From the NCBI GenBank assembly GCA_026414805.1, contig JAOAIH010000008.1:1-64000 (forward strand): DNA of 64,000 nt, read 5' to 3'. Shown here piece after piece: positions 41,466 to 51,150 of this stretch. The position numbers and the translations under genes were made by a program. This DNA is from Spirochaetota bacterium (GTDB taxonomy: Bacteria > Spirochaetota > UBA4802 > UB4802). Within the stretch, counting starts at the first letter, position 1. Every line of letters begins with the position of its first letter. Below the pieces are notes generated by a model. It saw nothing but the letters and a program-made list of their open reading frames with translations. It did not search any database and was not told the DNA's origin.

Positions 41466-42638
41466 ATGTTTAAATTTGAAGAAGAACCACAAATGAACAC
41501 TATTATCAAGGTTGTTGGTGTTGGAGGTGCAGGCAATAATGCTGTAAACAGGATGATTGCAACAGGCCTTGAAGGTGTGGACTACATCGTTGTGAATACG
41601 GATGCCCAGCAGTTGAAAGCCTCTTTAGCTCAAAACAGGATACAGATAGGAGCTAAATTAACAAGAGGGTTAGGAGCAGGTGCTGATCCAGCAATTGGAA
41701 GAGAAGCTGCTCTGGAAGATAGGGATAAGCTGGAAAAGGCATTGAAGGGAGCGGATATGGTATTTATCACTGCGGGTATGGGCGGTGGTACAGGGACAGG
41801 AGCTGCGCCTATCGTTGCTGAAGTGGCAAAAGCATGTGGGGCACTTGTAGTAGGTGTTGTTACCAAGCCATTCCGCGTTGAAGGTAGAAGGAGAATGCAG
41901 CATGCCGAGGAAGGGATTAGAAACCTTAAAGAAAAGGTTGATACGATAATTGTTATCCCCAATGACTTATTGTTAAAAATTATTGATCGCAATACCCCTA
42001 TAGATCAAGCGTTTAAACTGGCAGATGATATATTGCGTCAGGGCGTGCAGGGAATAGCAGATATTATTATGGTAACAGGTTTGGTAAATGTTGATTTTGC
42101 AGATGTCCGCACTGTCATGAAAGAAACTGGCGATGCAATTATGGGAGTTGGTATTGGTGTTGGTGAAAACAGAGCTATTGAAGCAACACAGATGGCAATA
42201 AACAGCCCATTGCTAGAGGAATCGGGCATTGATGGAGCAAAGGCAGTGTTGCTTAATATAGCTGGTGGCAATGATTTATCGCTACATGAAGTAAATGAGG
42301 TAACAGATATTATTAATAAACAGGTTGATCCAGATGCAAACATCATTTTTGGAGCTACTATCGACCCTGCACTTGATGACAAAATAAGGGTAACAGTGAT
42401 AGCAACGGGTTTTGACCGCAAGCTTAATATATTACATCGCCCCAACGAATTGGATAGAGCTACTGGAACTCCATTGACTGTGATTGAAGGTAGAAATAAT
42501 AAGGAAAGAGTAGAAAAGAAAGTTCCTGTGCAGATGAAGTCATTTTCTCTTGATTATGAAAAAAGAAGAGTAAAAGACTATTCACATGAGGATCTGGATA
42601 TACCAGCATTCCTGCGACGCAGTGCAGATTCGCAGTAA
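41466..42638 (+). CDS. ftsZ: cell division GTPase FtsZ
   Basis: Tubulin signature [11 protein letters not shown]-terminal [10 protein letters not shown], and the T7 loop NVDFADV. Confidence 0.95.
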   Translation: MFKFEEEPQMNTIIKVVGVGGAGNNAVNRMIATGLEGVDYIVVNTDAQQLKASLAQNRIQIGAKLTRGLGAGADPAIGREAALEDRDKLEKALKGADMVFITAGMGGGTGTGAAPIVAEVAKACGALVVGVVTKPFRVEGRRRMQHAEEGIRNLKEKVDTIIVIPNDLLLKIIDRNTPIDQAFKLADDILRQGVQGIADIIMVTGLVNVDFADVRTVMKETGDAIMGVGIGVGENRAIEATQMAINSPLLEESGIDGAKAVLLNIAGGNDLSLHEVNEVTDIINKQVDPDANIIFGATIDPALDDKIRVTVIATGFDRKLNILHRPNELDRATGTPLTVIEGRNNKERVEKKVPVQMKSFSLDYEKRRVKDYSHEDLDIPAFLRRSADSQ

Positions 42639-42641
42639 GTA

Positions 42642-43574
42642 TTATTGGATATTCTCAATAATTTTTAATGAACTGGATTTTTTTGTTTGATCTGAATCAA
42701 ATAGCAATATGATTTCGGTTCTTTTATTACGGTGTATAACAAAATAAAATTCAGAAGCCAATTTGCGCATGAGGTCAATCCCGCGTCCGGTTTCTGATAT
42801 TTTATCACTGATATCTTCTCCTGTTTGAGCAGCTTTGAGGATTAGCTGTTCCTGTTCAATGGCTTTATGAATGCTTTGAAGTATTTTTTCTTTAGTGAGT
42901 GTACCCTGATAATCGGTGATTGCTATTGCGTATGTTGTTGGATTGCAGCAAAAGGTAATATCCACAAATTGACCTTCTTTGAGTTCTATAGGTATACGCA
43001 TTTCTTTTTCCTGTGTATAGCCATGCGAATGGTAGACTGCATTAATAATCATCTCGTTCAGAATCAGATATAAAATACTTTTGTTTGCAATTGTAAATCC
43101 CCATGATTCAATAGTGGCAAGGATAGTATCCACAGCAGGTTGAATTTGTTTTGAAGAATTGATTCTAATTGCTTTGTTGTTTAGAATATTGCTTACATAG
43201 TGTTCAAGTCCAAATATATTTTTGCGGGAAATAATTTTGTTAACAAGAGATGTAAATTCATTCATGTTAACCGGTATTTTTAATACATTGCCAATACCCT
43301 GTGAAAAGATCTTATCAAAAAAAGTATCTATGTCTTTTTCAGTAATCATTATGGCAGGAATATACGTATAATGTTTTTGCAAATAATTATAAAGGTCAAA
43401 TGCATTGTCACCAGGAAGCTCAACCTGTGATATCACAAGGTCTACATCATGCATGTTTAGTGTAGTAATTGCATCATACGCTGATTCCGCAACCAATACA
43501 GTATAATTGGTCAGCAAATATTTCTGTAATTCATTTTTATAATCGGTGTGGTCAACTATTAATATGGTGTTCAT
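42642..43574 (-). CDS. atypical receiver domain fused to an RsbW/SpoIIAB-type GHKL serine-kinase domain
   Basis: N-terminal REC fold (ILIVDH..., DLVISQVELPGDN) in which Gln replaces the expected phospho-acceptor Asp. C-terminal N-box NAVYHSHG and G-box ETGRGIDLMRKL. Confidence 0.55.
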   Translation of the reverse strand: MNTILIVDHTDYKNELQKYLLTNYTVLVAESAYDAITTLNMHDVDLVISQVELPGDNAFDLYNYLQKHYTYIPAIMITEKDIDTFFDKIFSQGIGNVLKIPVNMNEFTSLVNKIISRKNIFGLEHYVSNILNNKAIRINSSKQIQPAVDTILATIESWGFTIANKSILYLILNEMIINAVYHSHGYTQEKEMRIPIELKEGQFVDITFCCNPTTYAIAITDYQGTLTKEKILQSIHKAIEQEQLILKAAQTGEDISDKISETGRGIDLMRKLASEFYFVIHRNKRTEIILLFDSDQTKKSSSLKIIENIQ

Positions 43575-43672
43575 AAAAGCTCATAGATTGTATAAGATTT
43601 ATTTTTTGTCCTAATAGTTGTCGATAGTTACTGATATAAAAAATTATGCTAAAATAAAGAATAAAATCATTG

Positions 43673-43708
43673 ACATTCTATTCAAATTACACGCATAATA
43701 CGTAAAAA
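43673..43708 (+). promoter_or_regulatory. candidate sigma70 promoter of the 43752 gene
   Basis: TTGACA, 17-bp spacer, gCATAAT. Confidence 0.4.
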
Positions 43709-43751
43709 TAAAATATCGTATATTTTATCGTCAAAAATTGTGAGGTGAACA

Positions 43752-44222
43752 ATGAAAAAAATAATGCTATTAACATTATGTGTGATGTTTTCATTTGTCA
43801 TAGTGTCTGATGGCGGGATGGCCCAGGATAAAGCAAAGAAAAGTGCAAAGGAATATATAGCCGATCTTTCAAGCAGCGATGAAGCTACTGTTGTGGCTGC
43901 AGAAGAGTGGATTGCTGATAACAAGGAAAAAACTGCATTGCCAAAATTGCAAGAACTTTTGCGAAGCGACAGCAGAGTAAAAGTAAGATTATACGCAGCC
44001 ATAGCATTAGGTGAAATAGCAAAAGAAGAGGGAGCAGAGAGCCTTAATAATGCATTACTGAATGATCCAAGTGCTGATGTTCGTTATGCTGCTTTGCTTG
44101 GCATAGCTCGTATTGGATCTAAAAGTTCGTATGATGCTGTACAGAAAGCACGGGAAAGTGAGCAAGATCCATTTATCAAGGACCTTATCAAAAAGATGGA
44201 AGATAAATTCAAAGGAAAATAA
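43752..44222 (+). CDS. secreted HEAT-repeat (PBS-lyase-like) protein
   Basis: Signal peptide MKKIMLLTLCVMFSFVIVSDGGMA, then HEAT-like repeats (VRLYAAIALGEI, DVRYAALLGIARIG). Confidence 0.55.
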   Translation: MKKIMLLTLCVMFSFVIVSDGGMAQDKAKKSAKEYIADLSSSDEATVVAAEEWIADNKEKTALPKLQELLRSDSRVKVRLYAAIALGEIAKEEGAESLNNALLNDPSADVRYAALLGIARIGSKSSYDAVQKARESEQDPFIKDLIKKMEDKFKGK

Positions 44223-44245
44223 CTTTTACATCAAATTTACAATAA

Positions 44246-44285
44246 AAGCATGTAGGGTAAAAACTACATGCATTTTTTATTTTAA
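44246..44285 (+). terminator. rho-independent terminator
   Basis: Perfect 8-bp stem gcatgtag/ctacatgc with loop ggtaaaaa, followed by ATTTTTTATTTT. Confidence 0.7.
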
Positions 44286-44601
44286 TATATGTGTTTTATG
44301 ACTTCATGAATTTAAAACCCAATAATTTTGTTGTTACTGTCATTAAAGGGGTGATGGAAATCCATTCATCTACCATTTGTCGGGGATTGATGCGTCTTCT
44401 CTTTCACAATACTATGGTGAAATTCTTAATGTAGTATGTATTTACAAAAGTCAGGATTCAGTGTAAAATGGTGAAGATAGTTCTAAAATCAATCCTAAAA
44501 ATAAATTTAAGGACGATGTTCAGGATGTTGTTTTTTAGGTGAGATTGGCAAGACAGTTGTCTTGTTAAATCAAGGAATTTAATAACTTTGAAACAATTAT
44601 T

Positions 44602-45408
44602 TTGATTATAAGGAATATAAGAGTGGAATCAAAAGTTAAATATGTGGTTTTTGATATAGAGTCAATACCTGATGCAACCTTAATAAAGCAGGTAAAATAT
44701 CCTCATCTACAAATAAGCGAACACGATGCTGTTATCAGGTTTCAGGAAGAGATACTGAATATATCGGACGGTTCAACATGGTTTATACCTGTTACATTTC
44801 AGTTGCCGGTAGTAGTTTCAATGCTTGAGGTTGATGAAAAGTTTTTCCCCATACGAATGCGAACGCTGGATGAGCCACAGTTCAGGATTGAACAGGTTGT
44901 AAGGCAATTCTGGGAAGTTATAGAAGGGGAATATAATGATGCTTCTTTTGTTACTTTTAATGGGAGGGGTTTTGATTTCCCTTTAATGGAACTTATGGCA
45001 TTCAGGTTTGGTGTAACTGCTAAGCGGCATTTTAAAGATAAGTTTGCTTCACGATTCAGGTTTGGAACCAAACATATTGACCTTCATGATTGGTTATCCA
45101 ATTATAGTGCAATAAAGATGCAAGGTGGATTAAATTTGCTTGCCAAGGTAATTGGCAAACCTGGCAAGGTAGAAATGACTGGTGATGATGTGTATGATCT
45201 TTATAAAGCAGGAAAAATAACCGAAATACACGAATATTGTGTGTCGGATGTGCTTGATACATACTTTGTATTTTTACGTACCCGTGTGATGGTAGGTGAA
45301 CTGAGCCCTGAAAGGGAAAATACAATTGTACAACAGACCAGAGCATTCCTGGAGCAACATAAATCCACATGCAGAGGATTTGAACAATATTTACTTAACT
45401 GGAAGTAG
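44602..45408 (+). CDS. stand-alone RNase-H-like 3'-5' exonuclease domain protein (family-B polymerase exonuclease-like)
   Basis: Exo I-like YVVFDIESIP, Exo II-like FNGRGFDFPL and Exo III-like YCVSDVLDTY motifs. An internal GTG at 44623 has a better AAGGAA RBS. Confidence 0.5.
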   Translation: MIIRNIRVESKVKYVVFDIESIPDATLIKQVKYPHLQISEHDAVIRFQEEILNISDGSTWFIPVTFQLPVVVSMLEVDEKFFPIRMRTLDEPQFRIEQVVRQFWEVIEGEYNDASFVTFNGRGFDFPLMELMAFRFGVTAKRHFKDKFASRFRFGTKHIDLHDWLSNYSAIKMQGGLNLLAKVIGKPGKVEMTGDDVYDLYKAGKITEIHEYCVSDVLDTYFVFLRTRVMVGELSPERENTIVQQTRAFLEQHKSTCRGFEQYLLNWK

Positions 45409-45411
45409 ATT

Positions 45412-47379
45412 TTAGCCTATATCTATTGTGATAATTGTTATATCATCGGTAATGTTTTCTTTGCTTTCTGCCCAAAGTAATGCTTCATCAATAAGCCTAT
45501 TTAAAAATTCACTGCCTTTTAGATGTTTGATTTTATGGATTGAGTTTATAAGCAATTCTATATCGTAGTAATGCTTAAATTTATTGGTAATATCTATAAG
45601 TCCATCAGTATAAAGAATTATCCTATCACCATTATGTATTTTGATTTGAGTGCTGTCAAAGACCATTGATGGGAACACGCCAATTACATTGCCTTTAGTT
45701 TTGATTTCTTCAATAGAACCTGTTGCAGCATTGAGATAAATAGGGTAAGGATTTCCTGCCCCACAAAAACGAACTACCATGTTTTCAGTGTCAAGATAGC
45801 AGTATAAAGCACTAATTGGTTGATTACCAGTTTTTCCAATAAGTAAATTATTGATATTTGTTAGCACCTTTTCTGGATGTTCAGCATATTTATACTGTAA
45901 AGTGAATGCGATATTTACTGTAGATGCTATTATTGATGCAGGTATTCCATGGCCAGTAACATCTGCTATGAATATCCCTGCATGTTTGTTATCAATATTA
46001 AAAAAATGGTAAAAATCACCTCCTATAGAATTCACCGGCAAATATAGAACATCAATTGAAGCACCTGAAAGCCTGGGAGATACTGGCGGCAAAATATTTC
46101 TTTGAATTTTTCTGGCTACATCCATTTCATTTGATAGAATTATCAGGCGTTGTTGTTGATTTATATATTCCTCAAATGCAATTAAAGTTTGGGTTACAAC
46201 AAATATAAGGATACCAAAATGGCTTGTATTTACTGTTTTTACTATCTGATGTGAAAAGAATATATCGTTTATGAGGCAACAAAAACCAGCAATAAGACCA
46301 AAGTAAAATAGCCGTTTTGTTTTTAAATTTTTACCTGTTTCTTTAAAAAGAATAATAAGAAGATAAAAGCTGATACATACAAGGGCTAATTGAATAAATA
46401 TCAGGGAAGCTGATACAATATGGAGAGAAGCTACACACACAAATAAAGTAAATAATCCAAAATAACTATCGTTTATCAATATATAATGCCTTTTAATTGT
46501 GCCTTTATACAAACTGTCTACAAAATGACAAAAGAGTATAGGCGATAGAGTTATCGTCAAGTATGAAAGCCTGAAATTAAGGCCCCATGGTGGGCTAAAG
46601 AAGCATATTAAAAGCATGTCGTTGATAACAAGAATGCGTAAAGCAACTATAAGTGAAAAAAGTCCTAAAAAGATATTTTGTTTTGATTTATTGATAAGAT
46701 ATAATCCTAAATGGTAGATACCAATTATAAACAATGAAGCAAAAACAAAAAGTTGAAGGTAAATAGATTTATTGTGTAAGTTTTTAATTACCTGGGGAGT
46801 TCCATAATAAATTGGATGTATAATGCCGCCATTGCGTTGCTGAAAATTAGCCACCTGAATGTAAATATCGGTTTTTGGTGATTTTACTATAAATTGTATG
46901 ATTGCAGGCAACTGGTTAGGTATCATTTTGTCTTTGCTGGTAGCAACAAATCCGCTATGTGCCGAAAGAATTCCATTGATGTATACAGAGTGAGAAGTAA
47001 AAGTGAAGGGCATTTTCAAGAACATAATTTTGCCAACTGTACTTTTAGAATGCAAAATTGTAATATGATACGTTCCGTAACCGTGCGATGGATAAGATTT
47101 AAAATGTTTTTGTTTATTCCATGGTCGGGGAACAGTAATATATGCAACCACGGGGTTTTGTAATTTTAATTGGTCATTATTTTCTATTAAATAATGCCAG
47201 TAAAACTTCCAAGTCCCTTCTAAATTTATTGGGCGTGAGATAGTGTTTTCAATATTTCTAAGGTCGATTATTCCATTATTTACATAAGCTTTAATAGCAA
47301 CATCAGTATTGCAGGATGGAATTACAAAACATAATAAACATACAACATAATGATAAAAAATCTTTTTGTAGATTGACAT
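45412..47379 (-). CDS. 7TMR-DISM sensor fused to a PP2C (SpoIIE/RsbU-type) serine phosphatase
   Basis: Extracellular 7TMR-DISMED2-like N-domain, 7 TM helices, and C-terminal PP2C motifs GGDFYHF, IADVTGHGIPAS and ILYTDGLID. Confidence 0.8.
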   Translation of the reverse strand: MSIYKKIFYHYVVCLLCFVIPSCNTDVAIKAYVNNGIIDLRNIENTISRPINLEGTWKFYWHYLIENNDQLKLQNPVVAYITVPRPWNKQKHFKSYPSHGYGTYHITILHSKSTVGKIMFLKMPFTFTSHSVYINGILSAHSGFVATSKDKMIPNQLPAIIQFIVKSPKTDIYIQVANFQQRNGGIIHPIYYGTPQVIKNLHNKSIYLQLFVFASLFIIGIYHLGLYLINKSKQNIFLGLFSLIVALRILVINDMLLICFFSPPWGLNFRLSYLTITLSPILFCHFVDSLYKGTIKRHYILINDSYFGLFTLFVCVASLHIVSASLIFIQLALVCISFYLLIILFKETGKNLKTKRLFYFGLIAGFCCLINDIFFSHQIVKTVNTSHFGILIFVVTQTLIAFEEYINQQQRLIILSNEMDVARKIQRNILPPVSPRLSGASIDVLYLPVNSIGGDFYHFFNIDNKHAGIFIADVTGHGIPASIIASTVNIAFTLQYKYAEHPEKVLTNINNLLIGKTGNQPISALYCYLDTENMVVRFCGAGNPYPIYLNAATGSIEEIKTKGNVIGVFPSMVFDSTQIKIHNGDRIILYTDGLIDITNKFKHYYDIELLINSIHKIKHLKGSEFLNRLIDEALLWAESKENITDDITIITIDIG

Positions 47380-47472
47380 TACATCAAATAATTAATTTTG
47401 TAAATTTCGTAAAAAGTACATGAAATAGTAATAAAGTAAAGAAAAATTTTGAATACAGCACGCATTGTTTAT

Positions 47473-47501
47473 ACCCGGGCGTAGTGCGATACGCTCCGGG
47501 T
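47473..47501. other. GC-rich hairpin between ilvD and the PP2C gene (not a classic intrinsic terminator)
   Basis: acccgggcgta / tacgc(t)ccgggt stem of 11 bp with one bulge and a 6-nt loop. No adjacent U-tract. Confidence 0.3.
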
Positions 47502-47510
47502 AAAGGTACA

Positions 47511-49173
47511 TTAACTTTCAAAAACAGCACCACGATCAGCCGAAGAAACCATAAGGCTATAGCGATACATGTATCCGGTGGTAATTTTTGGTTTAGGAGC
47601 TTTCCATTTTGCAAGACGTGCTTTAATTTCATTATCATCAAGCTTCAGTGTAAGCTTTTTAGCGGGGATATCTATTTCTATTATATCGCCATCTTTTACT
47701 ATGGCAAGTGGACCACCTGCAGCAGCTTCTGGCGAAATATGACCAATTGAAGAGCCACGAGTTGCACCTGAAAATCTTCCATCGGTAATAAGTGCAACTT
47801 CTTTATCCATTCCCATTCCTGCAATAACTGATGTTGGTGTAAGCATTTCACGCATTCCAGGACCACCACGGGGACCTTCATAACGGATGACAATGACATC
47901 GCCTTTTTGTATCTGCCCACCCATGATTGCTTTTACAGCTTCTTCTTCTGAATCAAACACCCTGGCAGGACCACTATGTTTTAACATTGATGGATCTACA
48001 GCAGCCTGTTTAACAATACACCCATCAGGAGCCAGATTTCCTGTTAACACTGCCAACCCTCCGTCTTTATGCACAGGCTTGTTGACCGAACGTATTACAG
48101 AAGTATCAGCAATTGTTTTATCCTTCACATTTTGTGCAATCGATTTTCCTGTAACTGTCATGCAGGTGCCATGAATAAGTCCGTGTTTAAGCAGTTCGTT
48201 CATCAAAGCAGGGATTCCACCAGCATAGTGAAGGTCTACCATGTGATGAGGGCCTGAGGGTGCAATGCTACATAAATGCGGCTGTGCGCTCAGAAATAGG
48301 TTGTATATCTTTAAGCCGTATAGGTAAACCTGCATAATGAGCTATCGCCGGTATATGTAACGCAGTATTTGATGACCCACCAATTGCCATATCCACAGCT
48401 AGTGCATTTTCAATGGCTTTTTTTGTTACAATTTTGCGCGGGGTTATCTGTTTTTTAACAAGTTCCACTATCTTTTTTCCACTTTCTTTGGCAAGGCGTA
48501 GGCGGTCGGACATGACAGCAGGTATGGTACCATTATAGGGAAGTGCCAACCCCAACGCTTCGGTGAGACAGTTCATGGAATTTGCTGTGTAAAGCCCTGC
48601 GCATGATCCTGCACCAGGACAGGCTGCGCACTCAATTTCATATAACTCCTCTTTTGTAATAATCCCTTTGGCTGCTTTGCCTACAGCTTCAAATACATTG
48701 TCCACGGCAATTGGCTTGCCTTTATATATACCCGGAAGCATGGGACCTCCGGATACAATAATTGTAGGTATATCAAGTTTAACAGCTGCAATAATCATGC
48801 CAGGAACTATCTTATCACAGTTTGGTATCATTACTAAACCATCAAATGCATGGGCTTTTGCCATAATTTCTATTGAGTCAGCAATCAGCTCACGTGAACC
48901 CAGGGAATATTTCATACCAATGTGATTCATTGCAATTCCATCGCATACTCCTATAGTGGGGAATTCAATTGGAGTGCCACCTGCAGCAATAACGCCTTTT
49001 TTAACTGCTTCAGCCACATTTCGCAAATGGATGTGTCCTGGAATTATCTCATTAAATGAATTTACAACGCCAATCAAAGGTTTTGCTAATTCATCGTCGT
49101 TTAGCCCTAAAGCTTTGAATAGTGAACGGTGTGGAGCTTTTTCAATTCCTTTTTTAACGCGATCGCTGATCAT
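47511..49173 (-). pseudogene. ilvD: dihydroxy-acid dehydratase gene interrupted by a single frameshift
   Basis: ORF 48268-49173 is the IlvD N-terminal half ([18 protein letters not shown]). ORF 47511-48335 is the C-terminal half ([22 protein letters not shown]). They join as ..ISERT|PHLC.. if one nucleotide near 48275-48285 is removed. Confidence 0.7.
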
Positions 49174-49337
49174 AAAAAAATCCTCCTTGCTTGCATAGAC
49201 AATATTGTAAGTAGTATGAGTTATATACGTAAAAAATTGTAAATTAAAATTTTAAAAAATTATAAATAACAAAATCATCTTGACAAAATGTTATTTTTAT
49301 CATTACATCAGCATATTTTATTATTGCTATAGTTATT

Positions 49338-50348
49338 ATGTTTAACCCGTTAAAAATATTTAAAAATACAAAAGTTGGTATTGCACTTGGAAGTGGTGGT
49401 GCAAAAGGAGTTGCACATATTGCAGTTCTTGATTATTGCATTAAAAAAGAAATTCCAATTTCCATGATTGCAGGATCAAGTATAGGTGCTGTGATTGGTT
49501 CATTATATGCGTATGGTGCATTGCCTGAATTCACAGCGTTTTTAAAATCAGTAAAGGGTAACGATTTATTTGCATACTTTGATCCGGTGTTTCCCAAAAC
49601 AGGGCTTATACAAGGCAAGCGGGTAATGGAGTTGTTATCAAAATTTATTCCCAAAAGTGTTGATCTTGAAGATCTTTCAATACCGGTTGCAATTGTTGCA
49701 ACCGATTTTTACACTGGCAAACCAGTAGTATTTAAAAAAGGTAACGTTCTTGATGCAATACGGGCAAGCATATCAATACCTGGAATATTTGTTCCTGTTA
49801 AATACATGGATACTGTGCTCATTGATGGGGGTGTCAGCAATCCATTGCCCATTGATGTGGTTAAACAAATGGGTGCTGGCATTATAATAGCTGTTAATCT
49901 GCATCCAACAATTAAAGTTAAAAGGGCGATAGCTCCTACAATTATACAAAACAAAACAGCTCACACAGAAAATTCATCAAATGATATTATTGAACATGTT
50001 GATAAAGATTTACTGGATACACAAGCAGTGGTTGCCAAACAAGCAAAAGGGTGGTTACACAGTGTAAAACGGTGGCTTGGCGTATCAACCGAGCAAAGCA
50101 ATAAAACCCAAAACCAGGATGCAATGCCAAATATTTTTGAGATAGTAGCTGGAACAATTGACATTATGGAATATATGAATACAACCCTTATGATAACGTA
50201 TAATAAGCCTGATGTGCTTGTTGAGCCAAATCTTGTTGAAGTTGGTACGCTGGATTTTACAAAAGTTGATATTCTTTTACACGAAGGTTTTGCAGCCTGC
50301 CAGCGGGTTGAAAAAGATATAACTCGTAAAGTAGTCAGGTGGATGTAA
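49338..50348 (+). CDS. patatin-like phospholipase (RssA/YchK-like)
   Basis: GSGGAKG oxyanion motif, GSSIG nucleophile elbow, DGGVSNPLP catalytic Asp. Confidence 0.8.
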   Translation: MFNPLKIFKNTKVGIALGSGGAKGVAHIAVLDYCIKKEIPISMIAGSSIGAVIGSLYAYGALPEFTAFLKSVKGNDLFAYFDPVFPKTGLIQGKRVMELLSKFIPKSVDLEDLSIPVAIVATDFYTGKPVVFKKGNVLDAIRASISIPGIFVPVKYMDTVLIDGGVSNPLPIDVVKQMGAGIIIAVNLHPTIKVKRAIAPTIIQNKTAHTENSSNDIIEHVDKDLLDTQAVVAKQAKGWLHSVKRWLGVSTEQSNKTQNQDAMPNIFEIVAGTIDIMEYMNTTLMITYNKPDVLVEPNLVEVGTLDFTKVDILLHEGFAACQRVEKDITRKVVRWM

Positions 50349-51055
50349 TGACGAAAAGCAAGGCACAGTTATTAGAGGATTTACGCCTTAATGATATTGG
50401 CAATTGCACCCGTTGTAAGCTCCATACAACACGCACTACAATTGTATTTGGCGAAGGCAATCCAGAAGCTTTGGTCATGTTTATTGGTGAAGGGCCTGGT
50501 AAAGACGAAGATGCTCAGGGCAGACCATTTGTGGGCAAAGCGGGACAGCTTTTAACTGCTGTCATTGAAAAGGGTATGAAACTAAAGCGCAGCGATGTGT
50601 ATATTGCCAATGTAGTGAAATGCAGACCAACAGTAAATTTAGAATTGATGCGCGACAGACCACCGGATGATGAAGAAACAGCCGCTTGCGGTCCGTTTTT
50701 AAAAAAGCAAATAGAGATTATAAAACCAAAAGTAATTGTGACATTAGGAAACCCTTCAACAAAATTTTTGGTTAATCCAAAGGAAGGCATAACAAAAGTG
50801 CGTGGTGTATGGCATATCTATAATTCAATTCCTGTAATGCCCACCTTTCACCCTTCATATATTTTGCGTAATGGTGGCGACAACAGCCCGCTTAAACGTC
50901 TGCTATGGGAAGATATCAAAAAGGTTATTGCATATTGTAATGGCGAAATCACGTTGGAAGATATATTTGGGAAATCTCCCATAACGTTAGATTTGAGTAT
51001 AAACCACGACACCAGTGAAAAACGTGATGATGAAGTACAGGGGAGTTTGTTTTAA
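50339..51055 (+). CDS. uracil-DNA glycosylase, family 4 (Fe-S containing)
   Basis: GEGPGKDEDAQGRPFVGKAGQLL family-4 motif, N-terminal CTRCKLH cysteines and HPSYILR. Confidence 0.8.
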   Translation: MDVMTKSKAQLLEDLRLNDIGNCTRCKLHTTRTTIVFGEGNPEALVMFIGEGPGKDEDAQGRPFVGKAGQLLTAVIEKGMKLKRSDVYIANVVKCRPTVNLELMRDRPPDDEETAACGPFLKKQIEIIKPKVIVTLGNPSTKFLVNPKEGITKVRGVWHIYNSIPVMPTFHPSYILRNGGDNSPLKRLLWEDIKKVIAYCNGEITLEDIFGKSPITLDLSINHDTSEKRDDEVQGSLF

Positions 51056-51150
51056 AATGCTGTATGTATTGCAGGCAGCGATTGCTGTTGCTATCGCCCA
51101 ATACAATTATTATGTATTTGATGATACATGATAGGTATGTTATCAAATAA

